Assembly: GCF_013177435.1 (NCBI RefSeq)
Contig: NZ_CP053627.1
Span: 1,800,001-1,832,000, forward strand
Direction: 5' to 3'
Origin: Xylella taiwanensis
GTDB lineage: Bacteria; Pseudomonadota; Gammaproteobacteria; Xanthomonadales; Xanthomonadaceae
DNA: 32,000 nt
The notes beneath the pieces were generated by a model. That model was not told the DNA's origin, did no database searches, and saw only the letters and a program-made list of their open reading frames with translations. The position numbers and the translations under genes were made by a program. Positions 11,401 through 19,463 of this stretch are shown here, in pieces. Position 1 is the stretch's first letter, and each line of letters begins with the position of its first letter.

Positions 11401-14400
11401 CATGGCTAATCACCTTGCCGCCAGCATCAATCCCGCTGCCCGTCACTGAAGGACCATTGGCAATCGTCAGCCCCGTCTTACCTAGCGCCACATCGCTGCC
11501 TACCTGCACTCCATCGTTGTTCACTACCGTGGTCCCCGCCGTCACTCCATCCACTTTGAAGTCTTTGGACAGGTTGAACACCACATCATTGCTGTCACTG
11601 GTTTTGCTGATCGTCAGGTTCCCATCGGTGTTCTTCAGGTCCACCGTCGCACCAGACACCACCTTGCTCGTATTAGCACCGGCAGCCGTCAGATTCCAAC
11701 CTTTGTCGACACTCTCACTGATCGACTTCAACTGACCCATATTCGGCACATCCGTCTCTGCCGTACCGGGCGCCACACCACTGATCTTGCCACCATCGTT
11801 GATCTGCACCTTGCCAAATTGCGGGGACTCCGCCAGCTGAAGGTGTAACGTCCCTGTCGCCGCATCCACCACGCTCTTCAGGTTCGCCCCCGAATAGCTC
11901 CCAGCGGTACTGCTCTCCCCACTGATCGCCAAAGTCTGACCCAGGGTCCGCGCCACCGAACCTTCGTTCCCAGTGAACGTCATCGGCTGATTGGCTTGCG
12001 CTTGAACAGCACTCAGCTGCGATCCGTTGACCGCCTCCGTCGAGGTCGCAGATACCTCGCCCGCGGCCACATGGCTAATCACCTTGCCGCCAGCATCAAT
12101 CCCGCTGCCCGTCACTGAAGGACCATTGGCAATCGTCAGCCCCGTCTTACCTAGCGCCACATCGCTGCCTACCTGCACTCCATCGTTGTTCACTACCGTG
12201 GTCCCCGCCGTCACTCCATCCACTTTGAAGTCTTTGGACAGGTTGAACACCACATCATTGCTGTCACTGGTTTTGCTGATCGTCAGGTTCCCATCGGTGT
12301 TCTTCAGGTCCACCGTCGCACCAGACACCACCTTGCTCGTATTAGCACCGGCAGCCGTCAGATTCCAACCTTTGTCGACACTCTCACTGATCGACTTCAA
12401 CTGACCCATATTCGGCACATCCGTCTCTGCCGTACCGGGCGCCACACCACTGATCTTGCCACCATCGTTGATCTGCACCTTGCCAAATTGCGGGGACTCC
12501 GCCAGCTGAAGGTGTAACGTCCCTGTCGCCGCATCCACCACGCTCTTCAGGTTCGCCCCCGAATAGCTCCCAGCGGTACTGCTCTCCCCACTGATCGCCA
12601 AAGTCTGACCCAGGGTCCGCGCCACCGAACCTTCGTTCCCGGCGAACGTCATCGGCTGATTGGCTTGCGCTTGAACAGCACTCAGCTGCGATCCGTTGAC
12701 CGCCTCCGTCGAGGTCGCAGATACCTCGCCCGCGGCCACATGGCTAATCACCTTGCCGCCAGCATCAATCCCGCTGCCCGTCACTGAAGGACCATTGGCA
12801 ATCGTCAGCCCCGTCTTACCTAGCGCCACATCGCTGCCTACCTGCACTCCATCGTTGTTCACTACCGTGGTCCCCGCCGTCACTCCATCCACTTTGAAGT
12901 CTTTGGACAGGTTGAACACCACATCATTGCTGTCACTGGTTTTGCTGATCGTCAGGTTCCCATCGGTGTTCTTCAGGTCCACCGTCGCACCAGACACCAC
13001 CTTGCTCGTATTAGCACCGGCAGCCGTCAGATTCCAACCTTTGTCGACACTCTCACTGATCGACTTCAACTGACCCATATTCGGCACATCCGTCTCTGCC
13101 GTACCGGGCGCCACACCACTGATCTTGCCGCCATCGTTGATCTGCACCTTGCCAAATTGCGGGGACTCCGCCAGCTGAAGGTGTAACGTCCCTGTCGCCG
13201 CATCCACCACGCTCTTCAGGTTCGCCCCCGAATAGCTCCCAGCGGTACTGCTCTCCCCACTGATCGCCAAAGTCTGACCCAGGGTCCGCGCCACCGAACC
13301 TTCGTTCCCGGTGAACGTCATCGGCTGATTGGCTTGCGCTTGAACAGCACTCAACTGCGATCCGTTGACCGCCTCCGTCGAGGTCGCAGATACCTCGCCC
13401 GCGGCCACATGGCTAATCACCTTGCCGCCAGCATCAATCCCGCTGCCCGTCACTGAAGGACCATTGGCAATCGTCAGCCCCGTCTTACCTAGCGCCACAT
13501 CGCTGCCTACCTGCACTCCATCGTTGTTCACTACCGTGGTCCCCGCCGTCACTCCATCCACTTTGAAGTCTTTGGACAGGTTGAACACCACATCATTGCT
13601 GTCACTGGTTTTGCTGATCGTCAGGTTCCCATCGGTGTTCTTCAGGTCCACCGTCGCACCAGACACCACCTTGCTCGTATTAGCACCGGCAGCCGTCAGA
13701 TTCCAACCTTTGTCGACACTCTCACTGATCGACTTCAACTGACCCATATTCGGCACATCCGTCTCTGCCGTACCGGGCGCCACACCACTGATCTTGCCGC
13801 CATCGTTGATCTGCACCTTGCCAAATTGCGGGGACTCCGCCAGCTGAAGGTGTAACGTCCCTGTCGCCGCATCCACCACGCTCTTCAGGTTCGCCCCCGA
13901 ATAGCTCCCAGCGGTACTGCTCTCCCCACTGATCGCCAAAGTCTGACCCAGGGTCCGCGCCACCGAACCTTCGTTCCCGGTGAACGTCATCGGCTGATTG
14001 GCTTGCGCTTGAACAGCACTCAACTGCGATCCGTTGACCGCCTCCGTCGAGGTCGCAGATACCTCGCCCGCGGCCACATGGCTAATCACCTTGCCGCCAG
14101 CATCAATCCCGCTGCCCGTCACTGAAGGACCATTGGCAATCGTCAGCCCCGTCTTACCTAGCGCCACATCGCTGCCTACCTGCACTCCATCGTTGTTCAC
14201 TACCGTGGTCCCCGCCGTCACTCCATCCACTTTGAAGTCTTTGGACAGGTTGAACACCACATCATTGCTGTCACTGGTTTTGCTGATCGTCAGGTTCCCA
14301 TCGGTGTTCTTCAGGTCCACCGTCGCCCCCGCCGCCACCTTGCTGGTGTTAGCACCAGACGCCGCCAGGTTCCAACCTTTGTCAACAGTCTCGCTGATCG

Positions 14401-16480
14401 ACTTCAGCTGACTAAAATTGACCGCATCCGTCTCTTCTGTACCTGCCGCAACATGGGTGATCTTTTGACTGCCAGCATCAATCCCGCTGCCCGTCACCGA
14501 GGGGCCATTGGCAATCGTCAGCCCCGTCTTACCTAGCGCCACATCGCTGCCTACCTGCACTCCATCGTTGTTCACTACCGTGGTCCCCGCCGTCACTCCA
14601 TCCACTTTGAAGTCTTTGGACAGGTTGAACACCACATCATTGCTGTCACTGGTTTTGCTGATCGTCAGGTTCCCATCGGTGTTCTTCAGGTCCACCGTCG
14701 CGCCCGCCGCCACCTTGCTGGTGTTAGCACCAGACGCCGTCAGGTTCCAACCTTTGTCAACAGTCTCGCTGATCGACTTCAACTGACCCATATTCGGCAC
14801 ATCCGTCTCTGCCGTACCGGGCGCCACACCACTGATCTTGCCGCCATCGTTGATCTGCACCTTGCCAAATTGCGGGGACTCCGCCAGCTGAAGGTGTAAC
14901 GTCCCTGTCGCCGCATCCACCACGCTCTTCAGGTTCGCCCCCGAATAGCTCCCAGCGGTACTGCTCTCCCCACTGATCACCAAAGTCTGACCCAGGGTCC
15001 GCGCCACCGAACCTTCGTTCCCAGTGAACGTCATCGGCTGATTGGCTTGCGCTTGAACAGCACTCAGCTGCGATCCGTTGACCGCCTCCGTCGAGGTCGC
15101 AGATACCTCGCCCGCGGCCACATGGCTAATCACCTTGCCGCCAGCATCAATCCCGCTGCCCGTCACTGAAGGGCCATTGGCAATCGCTAGCCCTATCTCA
15201 TCTAGCGTCACATTGCTGCCGAACGCCATCCCATCCGTGTTAAGCAAAGTATTACCAACGGTCAGGGTTCCAATCTTGACATCTTTGGCCAAATTGAACG
15301 CCACATCATTACTTCCGATCGCTTTGGTAATCGTCAGGTTCTTATCGGTGTTCTTCAGGTCCACCGAACTTCCTGGAGCCACTTTGCCACTATTGACACC
15401 AGAAGCCGTGAGGTTCCAGCCTTTACTGGCAATCTCGTCAACGACTTTAAGCTGGGCGACATTCACTGCATCGGTCATTGATGTGCCTGCTGCCAGACCT
15501 GAAAGCTGACGTGTCTTAATAGTGGTACCAGACACATCACCGATGCTGACTGCTGACAGTGTGCTTTTCCACGTGGCGGAAACATCCGTTGAGGTCGTTT
15601 TTGTTCCTGGGTCGTACCCTGCAAGACCCTTGCCAGTAGAAGCAACCGAGTTCAGCCCCAATGCCACCGCTCCATCTGTCACAGTAACAAGACTACCTCC
15701 ACCTACCGCAACGCCACCATTTACCGCCGATGTGTTAGCGCCGATGGCAACCGAAAAAGAACCCGTATTCGCCGTTGCCCCAGAACCTACGGCAACGGCG
15801 TCCACGGCACTCGCCGTCGTCTTCGCACCAATCGCGATCGCACGTGCACCACTGGCCTGGGTTGCCAAGCTCGCTTTTGTTGCGTCAGCCGCACTGCTCT
15901 GCGACGAGCCAATGGCAATTGCGTTTGCTCCCACCGCAGCATTCATTGTTGCCACACTGCCCATACGGAGGGAATACGTTTTATTTAAAACATCATTGAT
16001 GCCGACCTGACCTCCATTTACATATAAAACCCCACCAAGCACAAGACTTCTCGATGCTCCTCCCTGGTCGCCAGCAGCTGTCGAAGAACCGAAGAAACGA
16101 GTGTAAAGCGTCACGTTCCACGGGTCTTCATTACACTGGCTAGAAACTTTCGCCTCAATACTTGAGCCTCCGGTATCAACGATCCTCTGGCATGCCCCAT
16201 CAAGGCCATCATTGATATAAACTTGTGCGGTGGCTTTTTCGGCATATGGAATTGCCAGCGTAAGCGCTGTAAATAAAATGCTCCGCAGTGGTCCCTTCAC
16301 ATGTTCTTTAGCACTATACCGAGCTATCACCGCCATCCTCCATCCTCGATCATCGGCTGCTTGACCTGGATTTCCTAAATAAGGCAATAGTTGGCTGGCT
16401 GTGTATTTTGATCCTAATGGAACAACACTCTTAGTTTTATCAAGAGGGACATGAGCGGACAGCGGAATGGTGACTCGCAT
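8450..16480 (-). CDS. hsf: giant trimeric autotransporter adhesin, Hia/Hsf-like
   Basis: Single 8.1-kb ORF (track 8450..16543). The C-terminus is a YadA-type beta-barrel anchor (...SLGVSSYQGQSAIAVGVSAV...AGVGAGVGYQW). The N-terminal part has YadA-head-like repeats (AIAIGS, AVAVGS, SVAIGAN). The long middle is built from KGWNL (Trp-ring-like), GIDAG/GINAG (GIN-like) and neck-like HVAAG..T.AVN.SQL modules. I placed the start at ATG 16480 (AAGGAGAG 7 nt upstream). ATG 16336 is an alternative that puts a signal peptide at the N-terminus. The symbol is by synteny with the Xylella hsf locus between xpsD and ahpC. Confidence 0.93.
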   Translation of the reverse strand: MRVTIPLSAHVPLDKTKSVVPLGSKYTASQLLPYLGNPGQAADDRGWRMAVIARYSAKEHVKGPLRSILFTALTLAIPYAEKATAQVYINDGLDGACQRIVDTGGSSIEAKVSSQCNEDPWNVTLYTRFFGSSTAAGDQGGASRSLVLGGVLYVNGGQVGINDVLNKTYSLRMGSVATMNAAVGANAIAIGSSQSSAADATKASLATQASGARAIAIGAKTTASAVDAVAVGSGATANTGSFSVAIGANTSAVNGGVAVGGGSLVTVTDGAVALGLNSVASTGKGLAGYDPGTKTTSTDVSATWKSTLSAVSIGDVSGTTIKTRQLSGLAAGTSMTDAVNVAQLKVVDEIASKGWNLTASGVNSGKVAPGSSVDLKNTDKNLTITKAIGSNDVAFNLAKDVKIGTLTVGNTLLNTDGMAFGSNVTLDEIGLAIANGPSVTGSGIDAGGKVISHVAAGEVSATSTEAVNGSQLSAVQAQANQPMTFTGNEGSVARTLGQTLVISGESSTAGSYSGANLKSVVDAATGTLHLQLAESPQFGKVQINDGGKISGVAPGTAETDVPNMGQLKSISETVDKGWNLTASGANTSKVAAGATVDLKNTDGNLTISKTSDSNDVVFNLSKDFKVDGVTAGTTVVNNDGVQVGSDVALGKTGLTIANGPSVTGSGIDAGSQKITHVAAGTEETDAVNFSQLKSISETVDKGWNLAASGANTSKVAAGATVDLKNTDGNLTISKTSDSNDVVFNLSKDFKVDGVTAGTTVVNNDGVQVGSDVALGKTGLTIANGPSVTGSGIDAGGKVISHVAAGEVSATSTEAVNGSQLSAVQAQANQPMTFTGNEGSVARTLGQTLAISGESSTAGSYSGANLKSVVDAATGTLHLQLAESPQFGKVQINDGGKISGVAPGTAETDVPNMGQLKSISESVDKGWNLTAAGANTSKVVSGATVDLKNTDGNLTISKTSDSNDVVFNLSKDFKVDGVTAGTTVVNNDGVQVGSDVALGKTGLTIANGPSVTGSGIDAGGKVISHVAAGEVSATSTEAVNGSQLSAVQAQANQPMTFTGNEGSVARTLGQTLAISGESSTAGSYSGANLKSVVDAATGTLHLQLAESPQFGKVQINDGGKISGVAPGTAETDVPNMGQLKSISESVDKGWNLTAAGANTSKVVSGATVDLKNTDGNLTISKTSDSNDVVFNLSKDFKVDGVTAGTTVVNNDGVQVGSDVALGKTGLTIANGPSVTGSGIDAGGKVISHVAAGEVSATSTEAVNGSQLSAVQAQANQPMTFAGNEGSVARTLGQTLAISGESSTAGSYSGANLKSVVDAATGTLHLQLAESPQFGKVQINDGGKISGVAPGTAETDVPNMGQLKSISESVDKGWNLTAAGANTSKVVSGATVDLKNTDGNLTISKTSDSNDVVFNLSKDFKVDGVTAGTTVVNNDGVQVGSDVALGKTGLTIANGPSVTGSGIDAGGKVISHVAAGEVSATSTEAVNGSQLSAVQAQANQPMTFTGNEGSVARTLGQTLAISGESSTAGSYSGANLKSVVDAATGTLHLQLAESPQFGKVQINDGGKISGVAPGTAETDVPNMGQLKSISESVDKGWNLTAAGANTSKVVSGATVDLKNTDGNLTISKTSDSNDVVFNLSKDFKVDGVTAGTTVVNNDGVQVGSDVALGKTGLTIANGPSVTGSGIDAGGKVISHVAAGEVSATSTEAVNGSQLSAVQAQANQPMTFAGNEGSVARTLGQTLAISGESSTAGSYSGANLKSVVDAATGTLHLQLAESPQFGKVQINDGGKISGVAPGTAETDVPNMGQLKSISESVDKGWNLTAAGANTSKVVSGATVDLKNTDGNLTISKTSDSNDVVFNLSKDFKVDGVTAGTTVVNNDGVQVGSDVALGKTGLTIANGPSVTGSGIDAGGKVISHVAAGEVSATSTEAVNGSQLSAVQAQANQPMTFTGNEGSVARTLGQTLAISGESSTAGSYSGANLKSVVDAATGTLHLQLAESPQFGKVQINDGGKISGVAPGTAETDVPNMGQLKSISESVDKGWNLTAAGANTSKVVSGATVDLKNTDGNLTISKTSDSNDVVFNLSKDLKENSVTVGSTVVNDDGVKVGTGLSLDSTGLVITGRSSSSSIKTLADGESTVTRTIVNGDGVKIGDAVVLNAVGLEIVGGPSITLTGIDAGSQKITHVAAGTEETDAVNFSQLKSISESVGKGWNLTVSGANASKVAAGATVDLKNTDGNLTISKSSDSNDVVFNLSKDFKVDGVTAGNTVMNNDGVKVGSDVALGLTGLVIMGGPSVTNTGINAGNQKIINVAAAMADTDAVNFAQLKHAVANVSVKPAHYYSTNDGGTPGGNYDGDGATGIGSVAAGVGTQASGEGAVVVGAGAMGSGKGSVAMGRNASASADGSVVLGTGAKDGGRGAENYIGKYSGVENKTVGTVSLGDATKGETRTISNVADAKEATDAVNLRQLDYVAQQVNHYTDDKMQGLSDIQNVFKINNSKSSSSKGIALNAMAIGTDATASGVDGVAMGNNANVSANNAVAIGANSVADRPNTVSMGSAGSQRQVTNVAPATTETDAVNLGQLNQGVITAKQYTDGMVGNLRRDGNGGVAAAIATANLPQAYVPGRGMASLGVSSYQGQSAIAVGVSAVSDSGHWVFKFSGTTNTRSQAGVGAGVGYQW
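10225..15185 (-). repeat. in-frame tandem array of near-identical 669-bp (223-codon) modules inside the adhesin gene, with one 375-bp short module
   Basis: The string caactgaccc recurs at 10391, 11060, 11729, 12398, 13067 and 13736 (spacing exactly 669), then at 14780 (669+375). The antisense shadow ORFs in the track repeat with the same 669 period. More diverged related modules continue to about 9590 and 15480. Confidence 0.95.
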
Positions 16481-16597
16481 AGCGACTCTCCTTAATAATA
16501 TTAAAGAAGAAAATTGGCAGTGGCAGTAACTAATATCAGGCATTACCCATTGAATGCCTTGAAGATTCTGGTTCGTCGATAACCTTGCTACACTACC

Positions 16598-16620
16598 GCC
16601 ACGAATAAAATATTCGTGGC
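16598..16620. promoter_or_regulatory. perfect 10-bp-arm palindrome upstream of the adhesin gene (candidate operator or RNA hairpin)
   Basis: GCCACGAATA-AAA-TATTCGTGGC read directly. It lies about 120-140 nt upstream of ATG 16480 in a visibly AT-rich 584-bp intergenic region. Confidence 0.3.
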
Positions 16621-17127
16621 GAAACTACAATTTAAGATTGCATCTGAGAATATTACTGATCAGCGCAAGCCGACGCCTATAGAGTCATCGGTAAATGCTC
16701 AATTTCATGCCATTGAATTACCTCAGTAACATAATGAGCCAATGCACTTGTGCTGACCCACTGATGCAACAGACAACGCAATAATAACTTGTATAAGAAC
16801 TCTCTTTAACTTTTAAAACAACGTCTAGAATTAAACATGGTCAATATCGAATAGATCAATGATTGCAATTCATTAATAACATCATGACCGTGATGCTGCT
16901 GATACGAATCAACATTATTTGATATATTGATCACAAAAATGCGATTGATTATTTGAATATCTGCAATATAACGCTCTCAAACACAAATCAATCATGAAAA
17001 AACAATTCCATAACATTATATTGTGATCAAGCTATACCAACCTGCCCAATAAGGAAATAGCCGGATTTATTAGCATCCAAACTTGTTGGGAAACATAGAG
17101 CACCAGCACCACACCCGAACATCAAGC

Positions 17128-19422
17128 TCATTTGGTGTGCAATCCCTGCAATGGCTCCATTGCCTCGAATTTCTGACTGTATTCATCAGTGAGATTGCGC
17201 GCTTCCTTAGGATTACGCACGATTTCGGGAGTCAGCAAAACAATGATTTCTCGCCGGTTATTATTCTGCGCCTTAGCACCAAACAAGCCACCCACTACCG
17301 GCAACTTACTCAAGAATGGGACACCGTTGCTACCATCGCTAATACTATTGTCGATCAGGCCAGCGAGCATGATCGTATCGCCGCTCTGCACCGCCGCCTC
17401 GGTCTTAACCCTGCGTGTGTTGATCTGGACGTTGCACGCGGCACTGTTGATCAGCGTCGAGCTGGCCGAACTGCACGCCGCCGGCAGTGAACCAGGGGTG
17501 CTGACCTCCTGCACGATGTCTAAAAACACCATCCCGTCTTTGGTGACGCGCGGACGCACCTTCAGAATCACGCCGGTATCGATGTACTGCACTGACGAAT
17601 AGGTGCTGTTATTACCAAGGCCCGTGTTGATCGAGGTGGAGTTGATTGGAATACGCGCGCCCACGTTGAGCGTGGCCTCAGCATTGTTACGCACGAATAC
17701 CGAAGGTGTCTGTAGCAGACGTACCTTGGTGACCTGGTCCAATGCATTGATGATCGCCGCGGCGTTTTTTCCCAGAAACGTCCATGCCAACCCATTACTG
17801 GTCATTTTACCGGCGATATCCCCCCAAATCCGGCGCCCAGCAGCACTAGGTAGGCCCGCACCTACGCCAATACCAGTACCGTTAGCAGCCCCATTATCCG
17901 CCGCCCCACTTGCAGCGTTTACAGAATTCTCGAAAAACCAGTTCACGCCATAGCTGAGCTCGTTAGTAAGGTTGACCTCAGCCACCTGAGCTTCGATATG
18001 CACCTGCATCGGCATCACGTCGAGCTTCTCGATCACGTCGCGTATCGATTTCCAAGCTTGCGGCGTGGCACGGACCAGCAACGCATTAATCTCCTCCACC
18101 GCCGACACACCGACAGTATCCCCCTGCACCTGCAGGGTCACATTGCCATTGCCTTGGGTACGTGGCGACAACTGCAGCACGCTGCCGCCCGAACCGCCGT
18201 TAGCACCGGCAACGTCATTCCCCCCTGCGTTGCCGGGAACATTCGCGGAAGCAGAAAGGCTGCCGCTACCACCAGCACTTGCAGCGCTTGGTACACTACT
18301 GCCAAGGTTGACATCGCGATTGCCTCCACTTCCCAGGATGCCAAGCTGCGCACCTGGAGCCAGCGACACATTACTCTCTCCACGCCCGCTACCAGCCCCA
18401 AACACTTCCGCCAGGCGATTAGCCAAATCATTGGCTTTGATGTACTTCAACTCGTAAGAAAACAAGCTCACAGCGCCTCCGGCGCTGTCGATGCGATCCA
18501 ACCATTTCTGAATCTGATCTAGATAGCTAGCCTGCGGGGTGATCACCAGAACAGCGTTAGCATTCTCCAGCGGCATAAAACGGAACATACCGGCGCTAGG
18601 CGTTTTACCGTTATCGCCAAACACTTTTTCCAAATCAGCAGCGACCTTCTCTGCCTTACCTGATTGAATTGGAAACACGCCCACCGACATACCAGACAAC
18701 CAATCAACATCGAAAATTTCAACAGTGCGCAGATAGTTCTCCAGCTCAACACGGGTACCTGCAAGGGTAATCAGGTTGCGCGTTGTATCAATGCTGACAA
18801 TCGCGTTAGGACGTGCATATGGATCAAGCACTTTTTTCATCTCGCTTGCCGAAATGTACTTCAGTGGTACCACCCGGACTCCAAAGCCACGCGTAGCCGC
18901 CGGCGGTGCAGTGCTCGGCGCAACCGCACCAGCCAGCGCTTGGTCGGCCTGGACAATGCTGTAACGACCGTTGTTATAAACCATCCGTGCGTTGTTCCAA
19001 CCCAATACCATTTCCAAGAGACTCAGCGCCTGCGCCGGCGAGACAGGCTTAGGTGTGGCCAGAGTCACGGTCCCCTGCACGCCCGATGCAATAAAATAGT
19101 TTTGCCCAAGCATGTCACCAAGAATGGCTTTGACCACAGCGTGCAACGACTCTCCCTCGAAGTTAAAAGTGGCGCTACCATTGCCAGCCATACCCATTGA
19201 GGGTAGTGGAGTTGCAGCGACAGTTTTGTTAATGACTCTCCCATTACCACGACGAATCACTGGGCCCGGACCATTATCGTCAGGGGGTTGCTTAGCCGGC
19301 ACCTCTTTGCCTCCGGGATGTTGATCCAGAACAGCATTGCGCCTAAGAAGCGGTGATGGGTGGGGAACACAAGCACCCAACAGGGCAGTCACTATCGAAA
19401 CAGTTAACAGGCGCGAAATCAT
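17128..19422 (-). CDS. xpsD: type II secretion system secretin XpsD (GspD)
   Basis: 764 aa. Secretin C-domain blocks (VQYIDTGVILKVRPRVT, GDTIMLAGLI, VPFLSKLPVVGGLFG) and N-domains (ATFNFEGESLHAVVKAIL). N-terminal signal ends in a lipobox-like LLGAC. It is the last gene of the xps cluster. Confidence 0.95.
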   Translation of the reverse strand: MISRLLTVSIVTALLGACVPHPSPLLRRNAVLDQHPGGKEVPAKQPPDDNGPGPVIRRGNGRVINKTVAATPLPSMGMAGNGSATFNFEGESLHAVVKAILGDMLGQNYFIASGVQGTVTLATPKPVSPAQALSLLEMVLGWNNARMVYNNGRYSIVQADQALAGAVAPSTAPPAATRGFGVRVVPLKYISASEMKKVLDPYARPNAIVSIDTTRNLITLAGTRVELENYLRTVEIFDVDWLSGMSVGVFPIQSGKAEKVAADLEKVFGDNGKTPSAGMFRFMPLENANAVLVITPQASYLDQIQKWLDRIDSAGGAVSLFSYELKYIKANDLANRLAEVFGAGSGRGESNVSLAPGAQLGILGSGGNRDVNLGSSVPSAASAGGSGSLSASANVPGNAGGNDVAGANGGSGGSVLQLSPRTQGNGNVTLQVQGDTVGVSAVEEINALLVRATPQAWKSIRDVIEKLDVMPMQVHIEAQVAEVNLTNELSYGVNWFFENSVNAASGAADNGAANGTGIGVGAGLPSAAGRRIWGDIAGKMTSNGLAWTFLGKNAAAIINALDQVTKVRLLQTPSVFVRNNAEATLNVGARIPINSTSINTGLGNNSTYSSVQYIDTGVILKVRPRVTKDGMVFLDIVQEVSTPGSLPAACSSASSTLINSAACNVQINTRRVKTEAAVQSGDTIMLAGLIDNSISDGSNGVPFLSKLPVVGGLFGAKAQNNNRREIIVLLTPEIVRNPKEARNLTDEYSQKFEAMEPLQGLHTK

Positions 19423-19463
19423 GCATTCACTCTTATGGGTGCTGGTCAGAAAGAACCGCCATC

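Noticed and set aside
10225-15185. Possible CRISPR array, because of regularly spaced identical sequence.
   Set aside because: The period is 669 bp with no unique spacers, since the whole unit repeats. The repeat is in frame within a coding sequence, and no cas genes are present.
9585-15509. Series of plus-strand ORFs of 92-166 aa; six are identical 125-aa ORFs at 10689, 11358, 12027, 12696, 13365 and 14034.
   Set aside because: They are antisense shadows of the adhesin repeat. They recur with the same 669-bp period and have low-complexity P/S/T/L composition. They lie wholly inside an 8-kb ORF with clear TAA domains on the other strand.
16544-17127. AT-rich spacer as a possible IS element, integrated remnant or island boundary.
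   Set aside because: It has no transposase or integrase ORF, no terminal inverted repeats at its edges, no flanking direct repeats and no adjacent tRNA. It is better explained as a regulatory intergenic region.
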